Assembly (NCBI GenBank): GCA_977017575.1
Contig: CDRNVI010000087.1
Span: 314,571-378,570, forward strand
DNA: 64,000 nucleotides
Direction: 5' to 3'
Source of the DNA: Paramoeba atlantica
Lineage: Eukaryota > Protista > Discosea
Every line of letters begins with the position of its first letter. Positions within the stretch are counted from its first letter, which is position 1. A program made the translations under genes and the position numbers. Shown piece after piece: positions 54,131 through 64,000 of this stretch. The notes under the pieces were generated by a model. The model was not told the origin of the DNA and ran no database searches. It saw only the letters and a program-made list of their open reading frames with translations.

Positions 54131-55893
54131 ACAAACATTGAATTTTTCACGTGGTGGAATATTTGACTTTGATTGATTTTTTCTTGAAACGGTGAAAATT
54201 CAACTTTTTTAAGCAATTCCCTTTATTTTCCTCTTGAAGGGGTCTAAGGGGGTTAGGATATCACTTTCTCGTTCAAAATCATGGGATCTACACTTTCCCG
54301 CCATTTTTAGATCATTTTAAAAAACGAAAAAAAATCTGCTTTATTTTTGTGCATCATCATACCACACCAACTTTAAAAAACAAACACTCTGCGGCCAAGG
54401 GGCACAAGTGGGCCAATATTAAAAAATATTAAAAAATAGCGGCGAAGCTCGTTGCTAGGGGAACGAGACCTCTCGTTTTCAATAAAAATAAGCAAAAAAA
54501 TATTAAAAAATGAATTTCTCATGAGAGGAGAAGTTTTGATGCGCGGTAATTTCGCGAGCTTTCACATCACGCAAACGAGAAAAGGGGACGAACCGAGCTT
54601 AATGAACCCCGGCTCACGAAATCTGACCCCCCACTTTGTTGCATTTTGCACATCTCATCAAGAGAATTTTGTGCCCAGGAACTGGATAAAACAAAGAACA
54701 ATGAGCATGTTTAAAAAAAGAAAAGCAAAGATCCTCGCCCGCCCTCGTGGCAATGCATTTTACAGTTTAGATTTTTTTTGCCGTAGTATGAGAAAACATG
54801 GCGCCGCTTCTTTTTTTCACACCCTTTCCATCACCCCCCTCCTTTATTATGGACAAAAGCGGAAAAAATGTCCATAATAAAGCGGAAGCCACAGTAATAT
54901 TACGTGAGGCGCTGCGGGTGTGCATCACCCACAGTCTATTACTGGGGGGGTATACGGTAATTTTTTTCATGCTTTCGGGAAAAAATTTATGCATTTGGGA
55001 AAAATCGTGCTTAGAGAACGCAAAAATGACACTAGATACGTATCCAATATCCAATATGATAACCCTTCTTTTTTACCACAAATTGAAGTCATTTGCGATA
55101 GTTTTTAAATGGATTTCTTAATTTGTCAACATGTTCTACTGTTAAAGGATGTCTGAAACATAGCGTCTTATATTTCGTGTCTATTCCTTCTAGCTAAAGC
55201 ACACAAGGATTATAGTTCCTAGTACCGTGCTATGAGCAAGGTTCGACTTTCCGGTGGATTACGCTGATTCGGGAGAAGAGGAAGTCAGCTATCTCTTGGC
55301 TAAAGGAAAAAACTAAAAACTGAAAGGAGAAAACTGAAAACTCTTAAGGAAAAAACTGAAAATAATGATTTTTTTAGGGTGGGCAAAACAAAATCGGGGG
55401 TTTCGACAAAAATTTTAAGGTTTTCGAACGCGTTTCGAACGAAGCGACTAAAAATGAAGAATTTGCGAAGGTCCAGAATAATCCAACTTTTGGTACAAAT
55501 GTCTTCCTCCCATTTTTACAGACTTTTTTGTTTTCAAGCTACATTGAACCGAAAAAATATTCCTGAATCTATTGACGTGATGAATGTTGATGTTTTGTCC
55601 CTTAAACGCCCTAGCTACATATCCGCACGGAAAATATACTCCCCCTGTCATTAATAATGATAATCTTAAAAAAATTATCATTCTATGTGGTGAAAACTCT
55701 TAAAAAATTATCAACTTATTTTCATACAGAATTTTCATACAAAATGTTTTGTGTCTTACAAAGTACGTTTTTTGAACTAAAAAATGATCAACCTATTTTC
55801 ATGTTTTGGGCCACATTTTCGTATTTATTTTTCCATGACTTCTCGATCATTGAAAAAGAAGCGCCCATTAGATGAATCGGGCTCCATTGAGTA

Positions 55894-56631
55894 AGAATTG
55901 GAAACAAGCTTTATTTTGGTGAAGATGAGAGTTTAGTGGCTGAAGTAATCGATAATACTACCTCTAGAGGAAGAACTTTGCGTTTTCTTTATGATGGCTC
56001 ATATACCGATTTCAGGAGAAAACTGAGGCAGTTGGGGGAAACTCCACTACCAAAATATATAAAGCGTGATGTGGAGCCACAAGACGAAGAGCGCTACCAG
56101 ACTATTTATGCCAAATACGAAGGAGCGGTGGCCGCGCCAACCGCTGGATTGCATTTTTCCAAGCATTTGCTAAAAAGATTGGAAATAAAGGGAATAGACT
56201 TTGCCGAAGTTACACTTCATGTAGGTTTGGGAACTTTTAACCCGGTAGAAGTGGAAGATTTGTCTAAACACAAAATGGATAGCGAGGAATTGGTTATTGA
56301 TGAGCGGGCTACCGAAGTTGTAAATACGGCAAAAGACAACAAAAAACGAGTGTGTGCTGTAGGTACCACAGTAATGCGCGGATTGGAAAGTGCGGTTTCA
56401 TCAGAGCACTCATTGAATACCTTTGAAGGGTGGACCAACAAATTTGTTTTTCCACCATATGATTTCAGTATAGCCAATTGCATGATCACCAATTTCCACC
56501 TGCCAAAATCTACACTATTGATGATGGTTTCGGCATTCATTGGTCATGATTTGATGAAAAAAGCATACAAACAGGCTATTTTGGAGCAATATCGCTTCTA
56601 CTCCTACGGGGACGCTATGTTGATTATCTAA
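55894..56631 (+). CDS. queA: S-adenosylmethionine:tRNA ribosyltransferase-isomerase, 5'-truncated at the junction
   Basis: [57 protein letters not shown]; roughly the first 100 residues are missing. Confidence 0.95.
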   Translation, partial: RIGNKLYFGEDESLVAEVIDNTTSRGRTLRFLYDGSYTDFRRKLRQLGETPLPKYIKRDVEPQDEERYQTIYAKYEGAVAAPTAGLHFSKHLLKRLEIKGIDFAEVTLHVGLGTFNPVEVEDLSKHKMDSEELVIDERATEVVNTAKDNKKRVCAVGTTVMRGLESAVSSEHSLNTFEGWTNKFVFPPYDFSIANCMITNFHLPKSTLLMMVSAFIGHDLMKKAYKQAILEQYRFYSYGDAMLII

Positions 56632-56721
56632 AATTACAGTTCCTAAATCATAGGGAATCAGAAAAATACAATCCCGTTTAGCGTTTGACTTTACGGGATT
56701 TTTCTTGACTATCTTTAAGCG

Positions 56722-57762
56722 GTGGAAATCAAAAAAAAGGACATAAGGGCATTGACTAAAGAGCAGCTGCGGAATTTCTTTGTGGACCAGGGCGACAAAG
56801 CATTTAGAGGTAATCAGGTGTATGAATGGCTGTGGCAAAAATCAGCCCATTCCTTTGAAGCCATGACCAACATTTCTAAGGAAACCCGACAAATGTTGGA
56901 GGACAATTTTGTGATTAACCATATAAAGGTGGACCAGATGCAACGAAGTGCGGATGGGACTATCAAAAATGCTGTGCAGCTTCATGACGGACTGGTGGTA
57001 GAATCTGTGCTCATTCCCACCGAAACTCGAACCACGGCATGTGTGTCCAGTCAGGTTGGTTGCAGCTTGGATTGCAGGTTTTGTGCCACTGCACGCTTAA
57101 AACGCATGCGCAACCTAAATCCGGATGAAATCTATGATCAGGTTGTTGCCATTGACAACGAAAGCAGATTGTATTTTAATAAGCCTTTGAGCAATATTGT
57201 ATTTATGGGAATGGGAGAACCCCTTATGAACTATAACAATGTGTTGAAAGCCATTGAAAAAATAACCTCCCCAGAAGGGCTTGGAATGTCACCAAAACGA
57301 ATTGTGGTGTCTACCTCCGGAGTGCCTAAAATGATAAAAAAAATGGCGGATGAAGAGGTGAGGTTTGGTTTGGCCGTTTCCTTGCATTCCGCAATTGATG
57401 AGGTTAGGACCTCCATTATGCCCTTTAATGCTACTTTTCCGTTGAAGGACTTAAGGGAAGCGCTACAATATTGGTACAACAAGACCAAAAACCGAATTAC
57501 ATACGAATACGTTGTCTGGGAGGGAATCAATGATACACTAGAGGCGGCTAACGCTTTGGTTAAATTCTGCAAGTTTGCCCCTTCCAAGGTGAACATCATC
57601 GAATATAATCCCATAGACGACGGGGAATTTCAGCAAGCACCAGCAGAGGCAGTTGAAATGTACAAAAGGACTTTAGAGCGAAATGGAATTACCGTAACTG
57701 TCAGACGTTCTAGAGGTAAAGATATTGATGCGGCCTGTGGTCAATTGGCCAATAAACAGTGA
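56722..57762 (+). CDS. rlmN: 23S rRNA/tRNA m2A radical-SAM methyltransferase
   Basis: CVSSQVGCSLDCRFC, FMGMGEP, RGKDIDAACGQL. Confidence 0.96.
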   Translation: MEIKKKDIRALTKEQLRNFFVDQGDKAFRGNQVYEWLWQKSAHSFEAMTNISKETRQMLEDNFVINHIKVDQMQRSADGTIKNAVQLHDGLVVESVLIPTETRTTACVSSQVGCSLDCRFCATARLKRMRNLNPDEIYDQVVAIDNESRLYFNKPLSNIVFMGMGEPLMNYNNVLKAIEKITSPEGLGMSPKRIVVSTSGVPKMIKKMADEEVRFGLAVSLHSAIDEVRTSIMPFNATFPLKDLREALQYWYNKTKNRITYEYVVWEGINDTLEAANALVKFCKFAPSKVNIIEYNPIDDGEFQQAPAEAVEMYKRTLERNGITVTVRRSRGKDIDAACGQLANKQ

Positions 57763-57917
57763 ACAATTATCAATAATCAATTGTAAGTAGCCATCCGATT
57801 GTTGTAATTTATCGAAGCTTTCTACCTGCCAACTTAAAACTTGATGCTTCCCATGACCAACTCTGGCATTTTGCCTACTTTTAGGCTTCCAAAACTAGAA
57901 TAACAAAAGGCATAGTA

Positions 57918-58895
57918 TTGAAGGTAGTTTCACAGATTAGGGAACCCATTGAGCAGGAAATGCAACTTTTTGAGGAAAAATTCCTCAAGTCCATGTCTTC
58001 CAAAGTGGCCTTGTTCAACAGAATTACCTATTACATTGTAAATCGAAAGGGGAAGCAAATGCGCCCCATGTTCGTATTTCTCACTGCCAAATTGATCAAC
58101 AATGGCAGCGTAAATGACAGAACCTACTGCGGAGCCTCCATCATAGAACTGATTCACACGGCAAGTTTGGTCCATGATGATGTCGTGGACGACAGCCATA
58201 AAAGGAGAGGCTTTTTTTCTATAAATGCGCTCTGGAAAAATAAAATAGCTGTATTGGTTGGGGATTTTCTTTTTTCTAAAGGGGTATTGGTGGCTTTGGA
58301 GAACAAAGACTATGATCTTTTGCACATTATTTCCAACGCGGTCAAGGATATGAGCGAAGGAGAACTGCTCCAAATTGAAAAAGCACGCCTTTTAGATATC
58401 ACCGAAGAGGTGTACTATGATATCATTCGTCAAAAAACGGCTACTTTGATTGCAGCTTGTTGCAGTATGGGGGCCTGCTCAGTAAAACCGGATTCTGAGG
58501 ATGTGGAAACCTTTAGAAAATTTGGGGAACTGTGCGGCATGGCTTTTCAGATTAAGGACGACCTTTTTGACTATGGAGCTGAGAAAATTGGCAAGCCAAC
58601 CGGAATAGATATCAAAGAACAAAAAATGACGTTGCCACTTATTTATGTCCTCAATCAAAGTGACAAAGAAAAAAGACGCTGGCTCATCAATTCCATTAAA
58701 AATCACAACAAGGATAAAAAAAGGGTCAAGGAAGTTATCACTTATGTTAAGGAAATGGGGGGATTGGAATATGCTGTCACCAAAATGTTGGCTTTTAAGG
58801 ATGAGGCACTGTCCTTGTTGAACAATTACCCTGATTCTGCATATAAAAGCGCCCTTACCTTGATGGTCAACTATGTGGTAGACCGTAAAAAGTAG
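57918..58895 (+). CDS. ispB: Polyprenyl (octaprenyl-like) diphosphate synthase
   Basis: GKQMRP, HTASLVHDDVVD, FQIKDDLFD; chain length not determinable from sequence. Confidence 0.85.
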   Translation: MKVVSQIREPIEQEMQLFEEKFLKSMSSKVALFNRITYYIVNRKGKQMRPMFVFLTAKLINNGSVNDRTYCGASIIELIHTASLVHDDVVDDSHKRRGFFSINALWKNKIAVLVGDFLFSKGVLVALENKDYDLLHIISNAVKDMSEGELLQIEKARLLDITEEVYYDIIRQKTATLIAACCSMGACSVKPDSEDVETFRKFGELCGMAFQIKDDLFDYGAEKIGKPTGIDIKEQKMTLPLIYVLNQSDKEKRRWLINSIKNHNKDKKRVKEVITYVKEMGGLEYAVTKMLAFKDEALSLLNNYPDSAYKSALTLMVNYVVDRKK

Positions 58896-59081
58896 TCTTT
58901 CTAGGGGCTAGATGTTTAGTATTTGGATTATGGAATTTGAGATTTGCCCAATCAATCTATCTTAAAATGTACTCCTTAACATAACTTCAGTTTGACCATT
59001 GGGTATTAATTTTCCTTTTCGGGGCAACCTTTTTAAGAACTACTGCGTCTATCTTTATAACATACAAATTGAGAACCACTG

Positions 59082-59654
59082 TTGAAGATTGTGTCCCTAT
59101 ATACCAACGAGAAACTTTTGATTAAAAAGGCCATTGCAGGTGATCCGCATTGCCAAAAACATCTGTATGAAAAGTTTGCACCAAAAATGTTAGGTGTTTG
59201 CCGACAGTATATCAGGGATCTACAATTTGCGGAGGATGTTATGATCAATGGGTTTGTAAAGGTTTTTAAGAATTTGGGTTCTTTTGAACATCGTGGAAGT
59301 TTTGAAGGATGGATTAGAAAAATTATGGTAAGGGAGAGTATCTCGTATTTGCGAAAAAAACAGTTTGTGGTGTACGATGATGAGGCATTACAGTCCCAAC
59401 CAAAGAATTCCGCGGAAGAATCATCAATCTTGGACGTGGAATATGTACAGCAATTGATCGATGAACTCCCAGAAGGGTATAAAATGGTGTTTTTGTTATA
59501 TGCCATAGAAGGTTATAAACACCAAGAAATAGCAAAAATGCTGAAAATTTCGGAGGGCACTTCCAAGTCGCAATTGTTCAAAGCCAGGAAAATTTTACAG
59601 GAAAATTTGAATTTAAAAGGAATTTCACCTCAAGCTGGGTCGCGAGGCAAATAG
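59082..59654 (+). CDS. ECF sigma-70 factor
   Basis: Region 2 (AEDVMINGFVKVF..FEGWIRKI) and region 4 (YKHQEIAKMLKISEGTSKSQLFKAR). Confidence 0.93.
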   Translation: MKIVSLYTNEKLLIKKAIAGDPHCQKHLYEKFAPKMLGVCRQYIRDLQFAEDVMINGFVKVFKNLGSFEHRGSFEGWIRKIMVRESISYLRKKQFVVYDDEALQSQPKNSAEESSILDVEYVQQLIDELPEGYKMVFLLYAIEGYKHQEIAKMLKISEGTSKSQLFKARKILQENLNLKGISPQAGSRGK

Positions 59655-59662
59655 TAGGAATC

Positions 59663-60388
59663 ATGGAGAAATTGGAAAAACATATAAAGGATAAACTTGA
59701 GGAACGAAAAATTGCACCTTCGCCCAAGGCTTGGAAAAGCATTGCTGGCCAAATAGGGACCTCTACAACCTCAAGAAAAGAAGGGAAATATTGGTATGCC
59801 ATAGCAGCAGGGTTTATAGGACTTCTGTTAGCTTCCATATTCTTTTTTGCATCCGATAAGTCGGAGGTGACCATTCAAGTTGTTGATGGCAATGATCCCA
59901 AGTTGGAAAAAGAGTCTTCCACTCCTTTTGCGATTGATTCCACTCCAAATGGGTCCAAAACATCCACTGTTGTTGGTATTAAAAAAGAAGATTTAATCTT
60001 TGATAATCAAATAAAAGAAAATACTGGTCATACTTCTGCATCCTTAAAAAAGAAGGAGTTAGTTGCCAAACAATCCATTCAAGATAGTTTTGCCCAGGAG
60101 TCTGATCCATTAATTGCGCAAAAAGTCAATGAAGTGTTTGCCAAGGTTACGCTTTTAGAACACGTTAATTCGGAGGTTAGTGATGCAGAAGTGGATTCGC
60201 TGCTACGTGCAGCCCAACGTGAGGTGCTTTCAGAACAATTATTTACCGCGGAGGGAACCGTAGATGCCATGGCCTTGTTGACGGAAGTTGAAGATGAACT
60301 GGATGCAACATTCCGAGATCAAATTTTTGAAGCACTCAAGGAAGGCTATGTTAAACTTCGTACCGCTGTGGCAGACCGTAACAATTAG
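59663..60388 (+). CDS. Single-pass membrane protein, putative anti-sigma-like
   Basis: Directly follows the sigma gene; short N-terminal domain ending W..I, then the TM YWYAIAAGFIGLLLASIFFF. Confidence 0.75.
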   Translation: MEKLEKHIKDKLEERKIAPSPKAWKSIAGQIGTSTTSRKEGKYWYAIAAGFIGLLLASIFFFASDKSEVTIQVVDGNDPKLEKESSTPFAIDSTPNGSKTSTVVGIKKEDLIFDNQIKENTGHTSASLKKKELVAKQSIQDSFAQESDPLIAQKVNEVFAKVTLLEHVNSEVSDAEVDSLLRAAQREVLSEQLFTAEGTVDAMALLTEVEDELDATFRDQIFEALKEGYVKLRTAVADRNN

Positions 60389-60478
60389 AATTTATTCATC
60401 AATCAAAAATACCTTGTTGGTTTCCCGCTCCCAGTTCTGCTGGGAGGGGAGATTAGGAGGGGTAAATCAAAAACAATC

Positions 60479-61546
60479 ATGAGAACAATTACTTTGTATT
60501 TAGCGGCTTTTTTATTGCTGTTTATGGCCCAAGAAACTGTTGGACAGGAACGATATCAGCAGAAGATTGAAAAGCTAATAGAAAAAAAGGAAAAAATCAC
60601 CCAACAAGAAAAAGAAGCCTTAAAACAGGAGGTGAAGGATATCAATAAAAGATTGGGAAATGGAGATTTAAGTTTGGAAGAAGCTAAACTGCTCAAAGCA
60701 GAAGTGGCTAAAAAAAGGGCTTTGAATATAGAGAATCGAGCAGCCATAATTGATAATCAAATAGCACTTCTGGAGCGCAACAAGGGTGGGGCCTTGGCCA
60801 TTACCGACGAAAATACTATTGAGGATGAAGATGGTTTTTCTATTCGAATAGATGGGGAGACTATTTTTTTCTCCAATTCGAGAAACAGGAAGAAAGATAT
60901 ACCCTATGATCGGAGGACCTATTCTGACCCGGTTTTTGCCATTGGTCTAAACAACGCACTAATAGATGGCCAATCTTTGGATGAATCACCATATAAAATA
61001 GGAGGAAGCCGTTTTTTTGAAATGGGGTGGCAGTGGCGCACTCGAGTTTTTAAAAATTCGAATTGGATGCGATTCAATTATGGCTTTTCCTTCCAGTTTA
61101 ATGGATTAAAGCCGGATGACAACCAAATTTTTGTTCAAAATGGTGATCAAACGGTTTTGGAGGAGTTCGAATTTGAGTTGGACAAGTCCAAACTTCGAAT
61201 GGATAACTTGGTTTTCCCCGTACATTTTGAATTTGGTCCTTCCCGCTTTAGAGAAACTGAAAAGAGTATACGTTATTCTCTTCATAAACAGTTTAGAATA
61301 GGAATTGGGGGCTATGGTGGCTTTAACCTAGGGACTCGTCAGAAGCTAAAATACTCCAGGGATGGAGAAAATATTAAGGACAAGTTTAAAAGGGATTACA
61401 ATACCAGCGATTTGATTTACGGGTTGAGTGGCTATGTAGGGGTAGATGAGGTATTGCTCTATATTAAGTATGACCTAAACCCCATATTTAAGGACGCTAC
61501 GGTTGAACAACATAATATTTCTTTGGGCCTAAGGTTTGATTTATAA
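60479..61546 (+). CDS. Signal-peptide protein with N-terminal coiled coil and putative outer-membrane beta-barrel
   Basis: Signal peptide, charged helical N-half, amphipathic strands ending ISLGLRFDL. Confidence 0.8.
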   Translation: MRTITLYLAAFLLLFMAQETVGQERYQQKIEKLIEKKEKITQQEKEALKQEVKDINKRLGNGDLSLEEAKLLKAEVAKKRALNIENRAAIIDNQIALLERNKGGALAITDENTIEDEDGFSIRIDGETIFFSNSRNRKKDIPYDRRTYSDPVFAIGLNNALIDGQSLDESPYKIGGSRFFEMGWQWRTRVFKNSNWMRFNYGFSFQFNGLKPDDNQIFVQNGDQTVLEEFEFELDKSKLRMDNLVFPVHFEFGPSRFRETEKSIRYSLHKQFRIGIGGYGGFNLGTRQKLKYSRDGENIKDKFKRDYNTSDLIYGLSGYVGVDEVLLYIKYDLNPIFKDATVEQHNISLGLRFDL

Positions 61547-61560
61547 CCAACTGACAATTA

Positions 61561-61597
61561 GAGCTCGGTCGAGAACTTTCGGGTTCTGGCCGTGCTC
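61561..61597. terminator. Possible bidirectional terminator hairpin
   Basis: Imperfect stem GAGCTCGGTCGAGAAC / GTTCTGGCCGTGCTC between convergent genes. Confidence 0.4.
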
Positions 61598-61606
61598 ATT
61601 TTGCCA

Positions 61607-61843
61607 TTAAACTGCACTTTCCATTTCCTTGGTGAACTCCTCTTGGTAAAACCCTCTTTTACAATAGGAGCATTCGGCAAAGCGTGAAGTACCTATTTTA
61701 AACAAAGGAATCCAAAATAAATGGAAATAGTTGGCTTGGGAAACAGAGGTCAGGGTTCCATTTTGACCGCAATGTGGACAGCTTACCCCAATTAGTTTTT
61801 TGCTTTCTTTTTTGCCCAGTCTGGTTCCGAAAAAGAGAATCAT
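61607..61843 (-). CDS. Zinc-ribbon protein
   Basis: CPHC..HLFWIPLF..CSYC. Confidence 0.85.
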   Translation of the reverse strand: MILFFGTRLGKKESKKLIGVSCPHCGQNGTLTSVSQANYFHLFWIPLFKIGTSRFAECSYCKRGFYQEEFTKEMESAV

Positions 61844-61899
61844 ACTTTTTTATGAAAATACGATTTTCGGCAGTAAGACAAACTTTTTTGGCTTAAGGT

Positions 61900-62271
61900 T
61901 TAATAGAATCCCGCTTTAGGACTAGGTCCATATCGGTTATTTGTAGGATCACTATTTTTAGTCAACAGGATGAAAAGCCAGATGAGTCCAATTACTGGAA
62001 TGAGAATTACCAAAAACATCCAACCACTTTTTCCAACATCATGTAAACGTCTAACCGTTGCAGCCAAGGTCGGGGTGAAAAAACCAATAACAAACAAGAT
62101 ATATAAAGGTCCGAAAATCAAGTGTTCAAAGGCTAATTCAAAAACATTGTCCAAAGCCAGTAGGAACAAGCTGAAGAACAGACAAAAAAGCGTGAACATC
62201 CAGTATTCGGCCCTTCTGCCTCTTCCTTTAAAATTTGTATAATTGCGTAATACTTGTAAAAACCATTCCAT
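61900..62271 (-). CDS. DUF805 family membrane protein
   Basis: NFKGRGRRAEYWMF..TVRRLHDVGKSGW..NRYGP. Confidence 0.92.
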   Translation of the reverse strand: MEWFLQVLRNYTNFKGRGRRAEYWMFTLFCLFFSLFLLALDNVFELAFEHLIFGPLYILFVIGFFTPTLAATVRRLHDVGKSGWMFLVILIPVIGLIWLFILLTKNSDPTNNRYGPSPKAGFY

Positions 62272-62320
62272 GGGGTTACATTTTTTTTGTTACATAAATG
62301 ATGATTTATGAGGTTGATGT

Positions 62321-62471
62321 TTATTGACTATGCCAGTTTTCAATGCCAGTTACAATGTCTAATGTCATGGCAATACCTGCAAGGATTATGTTGAATAGCA
62401 AGAACATCCAGTATTCTTTTCTTCTTGCCCTACCTTTAAAATCTGCGTACTGCTTTTAAATACCATTTCAT
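62321..62471 (-). pseudogene. Truncated, frameshifted second DUF805 gene
   Basis: MKWYLK, frameshift, then QYADFKGRARRKEYWMF..stop. Confidence 0.8.
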
Positions 62472-62688
62472 ATTAGTGTTTCTGGTTGGTTTTCCTACTC
62501 GTGTGGCTTTTCGGTTCCGCCCTGTTTATTCATGGTTTCCTATCTCCATGAATTTTAAACTAAAGTAGAATTATGTTAAAACAATTTTAGGGTTGAATTG
62601 ACGGATGCCCATTTTGATCTGATGAATAGCCGATTTCAGCAAAAATTTTGTTTTTTAGCTACCTTTAAAGACTGATAATATTTAAGGA

Positions 62689-64000
62689 TTGATTTCAAAG
62701 ACCACCATAGATCAAGTTTATGAGACCGCCCGTTTGGAAGAGGTGATTGGCGATTTTGTACAATTGAAGAAATCTGGCTCCAATTTTAAAGGCCTGAGCC
62801 CTTTTACGGATGAGCGTACCCCTAGTTTTATGGTTTCTCCAGTGAAACAAATATGGAAGGACTTTAGTAGTGGAAAGGGAGGGAATGTGGTTGCTTTTTT
62901 AATGGAGCATGAGCATTTTACCTATCCTGAAGCCATTAAGTACCTGGCCAAAAAATACAATATAGAGTTAGAGGAGACCGAACAGACCAATGAGGAAAAA
63001 GAACAGGCCAACGAACGAGAAAGCATGTATTTGGTCTCTGAATTTGCACAAAAGAACTTTGCGGAGACACTGTGGTCAACCGAACCAGGCAAAGCAATTG
63101 CCCATTCCTATTTTAAGGAAAGGGGATTTACGGACGGGACGATAAAAAAGTTTGGTCTTGGTTATAGTTTGGATGAATGGGAGGCGTTTACCAAGTCTGC
63201 GATAGATCAGGGATACCAATTGGAGTTTTTGGAGAAAACAGGTTTGACCATTGTTAAAGAGCAAACTGGAGGTGAAGACAGGAGATTTGACCGATTTAAG
63301 GGCAGGGTCATGTTTCCTATCCATTCTATGAGTGGGCGTGTGCTAGGCTTCGGAGGGCGTATCCTCACGAGTGATAAAAAAGCGGCCAAATACCTAAATT
63401 CCCCTGAAAGCGAGATTTACCACAAAAGCAAGGTATTGTATGGTATCTATTATGCCAAACAGGCCATTGCCAAAGAAGACAATTGTTATTTGGTGGAAGG
63501 GTATACCGATGTTATCCAATTCTATCAAAAAGGTGTGGAAAATGTGGTTTCGTCCAGTGGTACTGCCTTGACACCAGAACAGATTAGGTTGATCAATAGG
63601 CTTACTAAAAATATTACTGTACTCTTTGATGGCGATGCAGCTGGATTACGAGCCTCGTTACGAGGAATAGATCTGATTCTGGAACAGGGTATGAACGTAA
63701 AAGTGTGCTCTTTCCCTGAAGGGGAAGATCCGGATAGTTTTGCCAAAACCAATACCTATGAGGACTTAGTGTTGTACCTCGAAGAAAACGCCAAGGATTT
63801 TATTCAGTTTAAGACTTCACTGTTAGCGGAAGAGGCTGCCAACGACCCCATAAAAAGAGCAGACACCGTTAGGGACATTGTTAATAGTATCAGCAAGATA
63901 CCAGACCAGATAAAACGAGAGATTTATATTCAAGAATGTGCAAAAATAATGCACATTTCCGAGGAAGTGTTATATAACACGCTTGCCCAAATCAACAAAA
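62689..64000 (+). CDS. dnaG: DNA primase (runs off the window end; absent from the ORF track)
   Basis: TTG start; ISKTTIDQVYETARLEEVIGDFV..GLSPFTDERTPSF..KYLNSPES..VEGYTDVI..FDGDAAG..DPD. Confidence 0.96.
   Translation, partial: MISKTTIDQVYETARLEEVIGDFVQLKKSGSNFKGLSPFTDERTPSFMVSPVKQIWKDFSSGKGGNVVAFLMEHEHFTYPEAIKYLAKKYNIELEETEQTNEEKEQANERESMYLVSEFAQKNFAETLWSTEPGKAIAHSYFKERGFTDGTIKKFGLGYSLDEWEAFTKSAIDQGYQLEFLEKTGLTIVKEQTGGEDRRFDRFKGRVMFPIHSMSGRVLGFGGRILTSDKKAAKYLNSPESEIYHKSKVLYGIYYAKQAIAKEDNCYLVEGYTDVIQFYQKGVENVVSSSGTALTPEQIRLINRLTKNITVLFDGDAAGLRASLRGIDLILEQGMNVKVCSFPEGEDPDSFAKTNTYEDLVLYLEENAKDFIQFKTSLLAEEAANDPIKRADTVRDIVNSISKIPDQIKREIYIQECAKIMHISEEVLYNTLAQINK

Noticed and set aside
56680-56721. 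Bacteroidota -33/-7 promoter for rlmN (TTTG..TATCTTTA)
   Set aside because: Imperfect match and spacing; too weak to call.
55891-64000. Functional horizontally acquired bacterial genes
   Set aside because: No amelioration, introns, TE insertions or integration signature; contamination or chimera is simpler until reads show otherwise.

Overview
The window has two parts. (1) 1-~55,890 is AT-rich, apparently intronless eukaryotic (protist-like) DNA dominated by nested transposons. These include two Tc1/IS630-like families (DD32E and DD35E), five pogo-like elements, a hAT element and a hAT-like MITE, two Merlin/IS1016 relics, Sola-like GAG..CTC elements, CRE/SLACS-like retrotransposon 3' fragments, many MITEs and an unexpected IS30-family transposase fragment. 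Between the transposons lie 12 short leucine-rich-repeat (LRR) genes or pseudogenes, all on the + strand with a shared N-terminal motif, and one GC-rich ADP/ATP carrier gene whose composition flips from C-rich to G-rich. (2) ~55,891-64,000 is ordinary, TE-free Flavobacteriaceae-type chromosome: 5'-truncated queA, rlmN, polyprenyl synthase, ECF sigma / anti-sigma-like / outer-membrane barrel trio, Zn-ribbon, DUF805 and dnaG. It is joined mid-gene to the eukaryotic part, most simply as an assembly chimera, though very recent transfer cannot be excluded from sequence alone. The host may be a Paramoeba/Perkinsela-type marine protist, but this is inferred from remembered LRR-family resemblance and was not checked. 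No rRNA, tRNA or CRISPR array was recognised. All TIR/TSD coordinates and motif counts were read by eye; no database searches were run.
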